Position numbers and translations under genes: made by a program
Assembly: GCA_029953675.1 (NCBI GenBank)
Contig: JAMWBK010000004.1
Span: 1,612,001-1,676,000, forward strand
Reading direction: 5' to 3'
Length of the DNA: 64,000 nucleotides
From: Rhodosorus marinus CCMP1338
Lineage: Eukaryota > Plantae > Rhodophyta
Part shown: positions 57,961-64,000 of the stretch, piece by piece
Layout of the letters: every line of letters starts with the position of its first letter
How positions within the stretch are numbered: position 1 is the stretch's first letter
The notes under the pieces: model-generated
The model's input: only the letters and a program-made list of their open reading frames with translations
Told to the model about the DNA's origin: nothing
Databases searched by the model: none

Positions 57961-59187
57961 TCAATTACTTTTCTCCACGTTCTCCATCTTCGTGGTATTT
58001 CTCGCTTCCTTCACTACCTTCGCGCCGTACGCGCTCCCAATGTAGTTTGCAACGTTATTAGCCAGATTAATGCTTTCAATGTCACCCATTCTCTCCTCTG
58101 TGTCGAAAAAGCCAACGACTGCTCTACACCTTCCATTCACAACAACCGGTACCGCAAAACAAGAGTTCACTCCATGTCGAAGCGCAATCTCCTTCCTCAA
58201 AAATCCATGCGATCCGGACGGGTCCTGAACCGACTCCGCTCTCAGGGTATCGTATACTCGGCCAATAAGGCCCTGACCAGGCTGGAAGGTAAACTGGTTG
58301 CTCTTCGATCGGAATCGTTCCAAGCATTGTCCCAAACTATTATCTGTCGCACTAAGCAAACCTCCCTTCAGCTGCAATGTCGTATTAATGCGATCTCCTG
58401 TGGGCATCCACACCTCGGCATACTTCCATGACTTCTTCATGCAGAGCAAGTTCATTAACGAGTACACCGCATCGTACAGATTGGACGATTTCTCCACAAC
58501 CCCGTCAACCCATTCAAGCAGGTTCTTCCGTGAGCTCATAGCCAAATCCACACTGAGGGAGGACACGTGCTTCTTATATTCCTTCACAAGGTTAATCGAG
58601 TGCTCAAGAACCTGCGACTTGGACAGAGTTCCTCCTTCTTCGGCCTCATCGAGCTCTGAAACAAGATCAGAAAGCTCGCGGAACTTATTCCCAACGTTAT
58701 GTCTATACTTTTTCGAATGCTCCTTGTGGGCGGACTTTCTCCTCTTCGGATTCGGTGCCCCGTTGGAATTCGTCCTGGGTGAGACGAGGGACATCATAGA
58801 AGAGCTTGCGGGCATCGCTACTGTTCCACTCTGGAGAGCGTCCTGGGACACGCTCGAGGAGAGTTCGAAGGGTTCCGGGTCGCTCCACGTGTTGCTCCAG
58901 GATGGGTGCGGGGACTCCGTTGATTCCTTCCCGTCATAGTTCTCCTCACTGATAACCTCCTCAAAATTGGGTGGAGAAAGCCATTGCAAGTCAAAGTCAA
59001 ACTGGTTCTTCACAATCAGCGAATTGTCCATCTCCCCATCCACATTATTCGTCACTGAAAAGAAAACATCCTGCTCGCTGGGGTCCACACCTGCCCCAAC
59101 CTCCTCCCGCAAGTGGTTCTCCAACAGAAAATCGGTACTCGCAACACTCCACGAACCCATATTTTTCTCGAAATTAGCACTCATCAT
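57961..59187 (-). CDS. bHLH + C-terminal GAF/MYC_N-like transcription factor, copy B (intronless)
   Basis: KRRKSAHKEHSKKYRHNVGNKFRELSDLV...SKSQVLEHSINLVKEY (bHLH); SWKYAEVWMP...FQPGQGLIGRVY...FLRKEIALRHGVNSCFAVPVVVNGRCRAVVGFF (GAF). Confidence 0.85.
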   Translation of the reverse strand: MMSANFEKNMGSWSVASTDFLLENHLREEVGAGVDPSEQDVFFSVTNNVDGEMDNSLIVKNQFDFDLQWLSPPNFEEVISEENYDGKESTESPHPSWSNTWSDPEPFELSSSVSQDALQSGTVAMPASSSMMSLVSPRTNSNGAPNPKRRKSAHKEHSKKYRHNVGNKFRELSDLVSELDEAEEGGTLSKSQVLEHSINLVKEYKKHVSSLSVDLAMSSRKNLLEWVDGVVEKSSNLYDAVYSLMNLLCMKKSWKYAEVWMPTGDRINTTLQLKGGLLSATDNSLGQCLERFRSKSNQFTFQPGQGLIGRVYDTLRAESVQDPSGSHGFLRKEIALRHGVNSCFAVPVVVNGRCRAVVGFFDTEERMGDIESINLANNVANYIGSAYGAKVVKEARNTTKMENVEKSN

Positions 59188-62100
59188 CTTGCCCAACCCT
59201 AACAGACAGACCAAAGTCTCACAACCCAGATACTCGTTTATATTCCGAGGACACGCCAACAACTGTCTCCACGTGCCAGCGACAGAGAACTCCAGCTAAC
59301 CCTCAAACCTTTTGACTCATAAAGTTTCGGTTAGATGGAGCACGAACCATATCTTTCCCCAGAAAATCGAACGCATAAAATCGAACGCAAGCAGAAGAAA
59401 AACCTCCACAAAACGAAGCACGTGCTGGATATTTACCCTATGCCTCACCTCCCCAACCTTGTTCCGAATTAAAACAAAATGACACCTTTTATGTCCACCC
59501 TTCTCATTAACGGGTAAGGCTCCTCTCCCCTATCTTCCCTATGGCAGCCCTTTAGAAGACTTTGCGACGGTTTTCCGGTGAGCTCACATGTAGTCAAGCC
59601 ATCATCGGAGAAATCCTCGAGAGCGATGCAGTGCCAAACCCAAACTCCTCAAAGAAATTTTCGAAATACTCTTTTAGTTGGCAAAATGCCCAGTTTCCGC
59701 TTCCCAAGGCCCGTCTAGGCCTAACCAAAAAAAAAAGAAAGCGCTGCCGGCATTTTCTTCACGGGGGTTACCAGCAGGACTACATTCCATTTATTGGAAT
59801 AAGTGAAATAAATAGACTATCTTTTTAGTTTTCCCTTTTCCACAGCAATCATTCCGGAAGTTCGGAATTGAAATGAGTAGGGAGGGGGGGGAGAGGGAGG
59901 GTGAGTTTGGATGAGACCATTAATTGAAATTGAATGGTCCCGAATACTCTTATTGGAATCATGAAAGGGGGGAACTCTTATTTGTTAAAGACTTGAGAAA
60001 GTTTAGTAATACTTTCATATTATTATAGAAGATCGATTTAGATACTTTTTAAAGGGGGGGGGGTAAGCCATGTATACACCTCGTGATTAATAGAAATCCT
60101 CATTGCAAGCGTGCTTTTTGTCCCCAGCATACGTGTTTTTGTTTTTTTAAATTTCTAGTCTGTTTTTGTCCTACTCTCGCGATCCGCTTGTGGCAAACTG
60201 GGCACATAGCGCTACCCGATAATCATCATGTGAAGACGCGAATATATGTATTGAAGTACAATTTGGTCGCTCTCTACCCAGAAACGTGCTTTTTGATTGC
60301 TCATGGATACCCAAAAAAAAATTTACGTCTATATATCCTTTGCTTGATTCTGAGGGGTTGTAACCCGTTCCGTTCATATCCTTTTTTGCCGGTGGCTGGG
60401 TCACAATATCCAATTTGTTCGTAATAATTCCGTTTTCGATCAGGATACAAGGTAATTGATAACAAGCCCTGGTCAGTTTGCAGTATTTTACACCAATCAG
60501 CTTGCTTATCGTACTCTATCGTTGTAATAGTTTCTTCAAAATTTGAACTAGTTTGTTTTTGCGTGTGCCGGTTCGTTTATGAAATAGTGTAAAAAGCGTC
60601 TCATTTTGACTTCTTTCCAATTCCTAGGAAATCATCATGGTGGCTCTTCAGGTGCGTCCTGCGTTCTGGACGTAAAATCTCGTTCGTTCGGGAATGTCTC
60701 AAGATGTTTATATTTGAATAATAAATAAAATTGCAACAGTTCGTGTCGGTAGGGGACTGGCGGAGACTACGATCAATGTAAGTTTTTAAAAGTTGTATAG
60801 GAAAAAAATACCCGGAAACAAATTTATGTCAGCGCCAAAGGGTTGGGAGGGGAGTCGTGGATGCCGATAACGAAAAATAAAAATATAATTTGATTCTTTC
60901 TGGGGGAGTTCCGAGTTCAGAAGTTTTGCCCTACCCCCCAAACGGTCCTTTTGGTCCGAAAGAAACTAATCACCTGCAGCCTAAAGGCGAATTTTGAAGG
61001 CGTTCTAAGGACGGGTTTCGTAGCCATTATACCTCCCTTGGGAAGAAACACCTTGCGCCAAACTCTACCTCGGAAGCCGTGGAATTGGCAGCCGACTCCC
61101 CTAATGGACGCCACGCGAGGTAGTACCCCCTTTTTCGTAGAGAGACACCGTGCGAAGGAGACATACGAATGTGTCTACCGCGCAGCCTACTGTTCAAAAA
61201 AACAAACAACGTCAAGCACAGAAGCGAAACGCTCTTCTTATCCCCTTCTCCTCGTGGCGAAGAGGGACGGGTGGGAGGTGGGGGGGGTGGTTGTGTGTCA
61301 AACCCATGTGTTTTCGTTCTCTTATGAACGCAGAGGATCCAAAATTCCTTGAGAAAATAGATACCACATAACCAGGACGCTTACGAGCCTGGCTTTCCGT
61401 CAATGGAGCTGGAAATAGAGTCTGGCTTTCAACGATTTTCAGTGGGGTTGCCGAGCCGCGGAAAACGCAGAACGCCAGAAAAGAAATTCAGAAGAAAACT
61501 GTTGTGCGGCCACGGCCAACCTCAGTGTTTCCAAAATCAGAAATAATTTCAAGGAATATCGCTTATTGACTGGTGATAACGGGAAACGTTGGAGAACGGT
61601 TGCAATTTCTCATTTTTTTGGATTCCAACAGTGTGGTTCAACCTATTGAAAATATATATATGCTCAAAAACACGCTTTGGAGTATCGGAGGTTTCCCAAT
61701 CAGGATATATTTTGGATATGTGAAGAAAACTATATTTACTGGAAAACAATTTACCGGTACAACACGGACAGTCTGTCTTAAAAAATTTCTAGTTTATTGG
61801 AAGGGGATTCGATACATTGTTGGCGGTCGGTATTTATAAATTTTAATTACAATTATATGTTCATTTCGGATTTTGCTGTTGTGCAGGGGGGGATGTAGAC
61901 TGTACAAGAGAAAACTTCGGTATTTCGAGTAACTCGCTCTGCTGGTGAGGTGAGGGTGCGAATGGGGACCAGTTGAATTTCTATTTGGAGAGGGCTGAGC
62001 TAGTAATTCGAGTCTATTGTTTAGCAGGTTTGGTGTTAATTTACAAGCCTGCTGGCCAGGAAAATCGACATGCTAGATTTCTTGTGTCTGTTCAGTCAAA

Positions 62101-62359
62101 ACGGGCTTTGGGTTCTGCGGACATGTTTGGGCTTATCCGCCTTTTACCGACTAGATGGGAAGATATGGCTCGAATTAGACGTACAGGATCTCAGCCTCGG
62201 TTTAGCGCACAAATTCACTATTGAGAAAATTTTTACGATTGACCTAGCGGGGCTATAAAACAATCACTGAAGGGGGCAGTGGATCGTTCGGGTCAGAATT
62301 CGGCTGATCCGTCAACTAGCTTAATTTGGTTTTGGTAGCACACTGGTGATGTTAGGTCA

Positions 62360-63050
62360 TGTTCAGCTGCTGCCTGCTGGTGTCGAACTGGGCTCATACG
62401 TGCTTGCGGGGCTGGCCTTTTTCACACACTGAAGAGTACCGCGAGAAGGGAAATTTCTAATGGGCCAAGCTTGTGAACGGCAGGGCGGACGTATGTTGGA
62501 GAGCAACTCATATTGCAAGGAGAAGCTGTGTCCTTCTCTGGAGCGAGAGTTTAGATTGGGATAGGATGATAATTGGGTTGCATCCTCATGGAGCTTTCCC
62601 AGCAGCAGAAGAACAAGCTCGATGTTAAACAGGCTTCGTCTTGCTAGCAGACTTCTCGCCAGCAGATGCTGTAGTTTACAGTGCATGATAGGGCTCATTA
62701 TCATGCCTCTCGTTCACCGTGTTGGTGGAAAACGAAACTGTCAAGCGTCGACAATTGCTATCACCGCGGAAGGGGTACCAAGGTCAGACTTTTCCTTCCA
62801 GTGGCATCGGGATATCTCCGTAGTATTGATCGGTTGCTTCGTGATACACCATATAGCCTGTTGCAGCTATTCTCGTAATGACAGTACGTTTCACCGGACA
62901 TCCAGCCGTGGTGTGGCCTCCAAGTGAGCACATACTGATGTATTCACACCCACTATCGGCAATCCAGACGCTTTGTTGAAGCATAGTTTCAGTGTCCGTC
63001 GGTCTGAACACGTTTTCATTGTAATTATCGGCTCGAAAGTGTTAAAACCC
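62360..63050 (-). pseudogene. possible Ty1/Copia pol relic
   Basis: QSVWIADSGCEYISM resembles the copia protease motif W(I/L)xDSGxSxHM. Surroundings are stop-interrupted. Confidence 0.35.
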
Positions 63051-64000
63051 CAGGGCTGCAGAGAGGAAGAAGCGGCCGAACTATTTGTTTCGGTCGGATG
63101 TTGACATAAGGCAGACAAGGATTTCTAGTTGAAGTAGTAAGGGCAGCATCTGGCATGGCACTATAATCTAGCAAAGGTCGCTAATCGATGTCCAGTTGAT
63201 ATCTTCAGTATAGGTCGTGCTGGCTAGTCCGAACGTATCAAATGCATAACAATAGTGGAGTTGTGGTCTGTTAGGTTCTTCCGTCGAAGTGGAAGGTTGA
63301 AGGGGTTCGAATTTATGAATTCCAGGAGCAGTGCACTTCGAAAAGAGCAGCTGAACTGCTCGTACGAACGAATTGCGTTCTGATCCACCTGATCTTACCG
63401 TCAACCCCATCTCGTGCATAGGTCATGAGAACGAGAGTCTGACGCGATCCCACACAAACGTATGGTTCGCAGCAACAAAATTGCAAAGGGGAGCGGAGTC
63501 TAGAACTTGCGCATCCCATCAAGCTGTCAGTTGGAAACCACTCGCTTCAAGTAGTTTGTCGTGTATTGTGCCGGGTAAATGTCAGCGCCGGGACACACTA
63601 AGACGCGTCGGTGTTGAGAGAATCCTGCCGCCCCAAACAGCGCTAACACGATGGGAAATAGACCTCCAGGACCTTGCGTAGCCGCTTCCTTTGAGACTGA
63701 ACGGCTTGTAGGACGAACTACTCTGACCTAACAAGAGCAGATCAAGAAACTGGCATGTAGACTATGGAGTGGACACCGCAAACAGGTGCGGGGAAGATTG
63801 TAAAAAGAAGAGCATGGCTTCTGAGCAGACTCAACCACTAAACCCTATTCGCGAGGGTGGCTGGTTCTCTGATGACGGCTCATTCAACTCCATCGCAAAA
63901 TCTTATATGTGTTCTTGTCCTTGGGTTTGAAGCCGTCAACCGTCAGTCAGTTGCAAACGACACCGAAGTTGTGTAGTACGAAGAACATAGAAATCTCGAT

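Noticed and set aside
58298-58939. 213-aa plus-strand ORF
   Set aside because: Antisense to the bHLH-GAF gene.
59300-62300. AT-rich tract with short ORFs
   Set aside because: No coding or structural signal that I can support.

Overview
Eukaryotic nuclear DNA with many short (about 50-130 nt) GT-AG introns and AT-rich, repeat-littered intergenic tracts. A nuclear Tic22 gene with an M-S-x-F-V transit-peptide start suggests a plastid-bearing alga, most likely a red alga (inference). Recognisable housekeeping genes: Tic22, Ind1/NUBPL, Isd11, APC4, tRNA-Val(TAC), a PPR protein, RRP12, an SPP-like M16 peptidase and EMC1. The most unusual content: (i) an intronless MenA/UbiA prenyltransferase fused to a class-A FAD monooxygenase, followed 3 kb later by an intronless EboF-like bacterial nucleotide pyrophosphatase/phosphodiesterase and preceded by an ankyrin-JmjC gene, a candidate prenyl-aromatic (meroterpenoid/quinone) locus; (ii) a young 2.05-kb LTR retroelement with gag and protease whose pol is replaced by an apparently perfect 173-bp hairpin; (iii) a tail-to-tail pair of bHLH + C-terminal GAF/MYC_N-like transcription factors lacking the E-box glutamate. 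Gene boundaries were assembled by eye from the ORF track and splice signals and are approximate where stated. No database searches were run.
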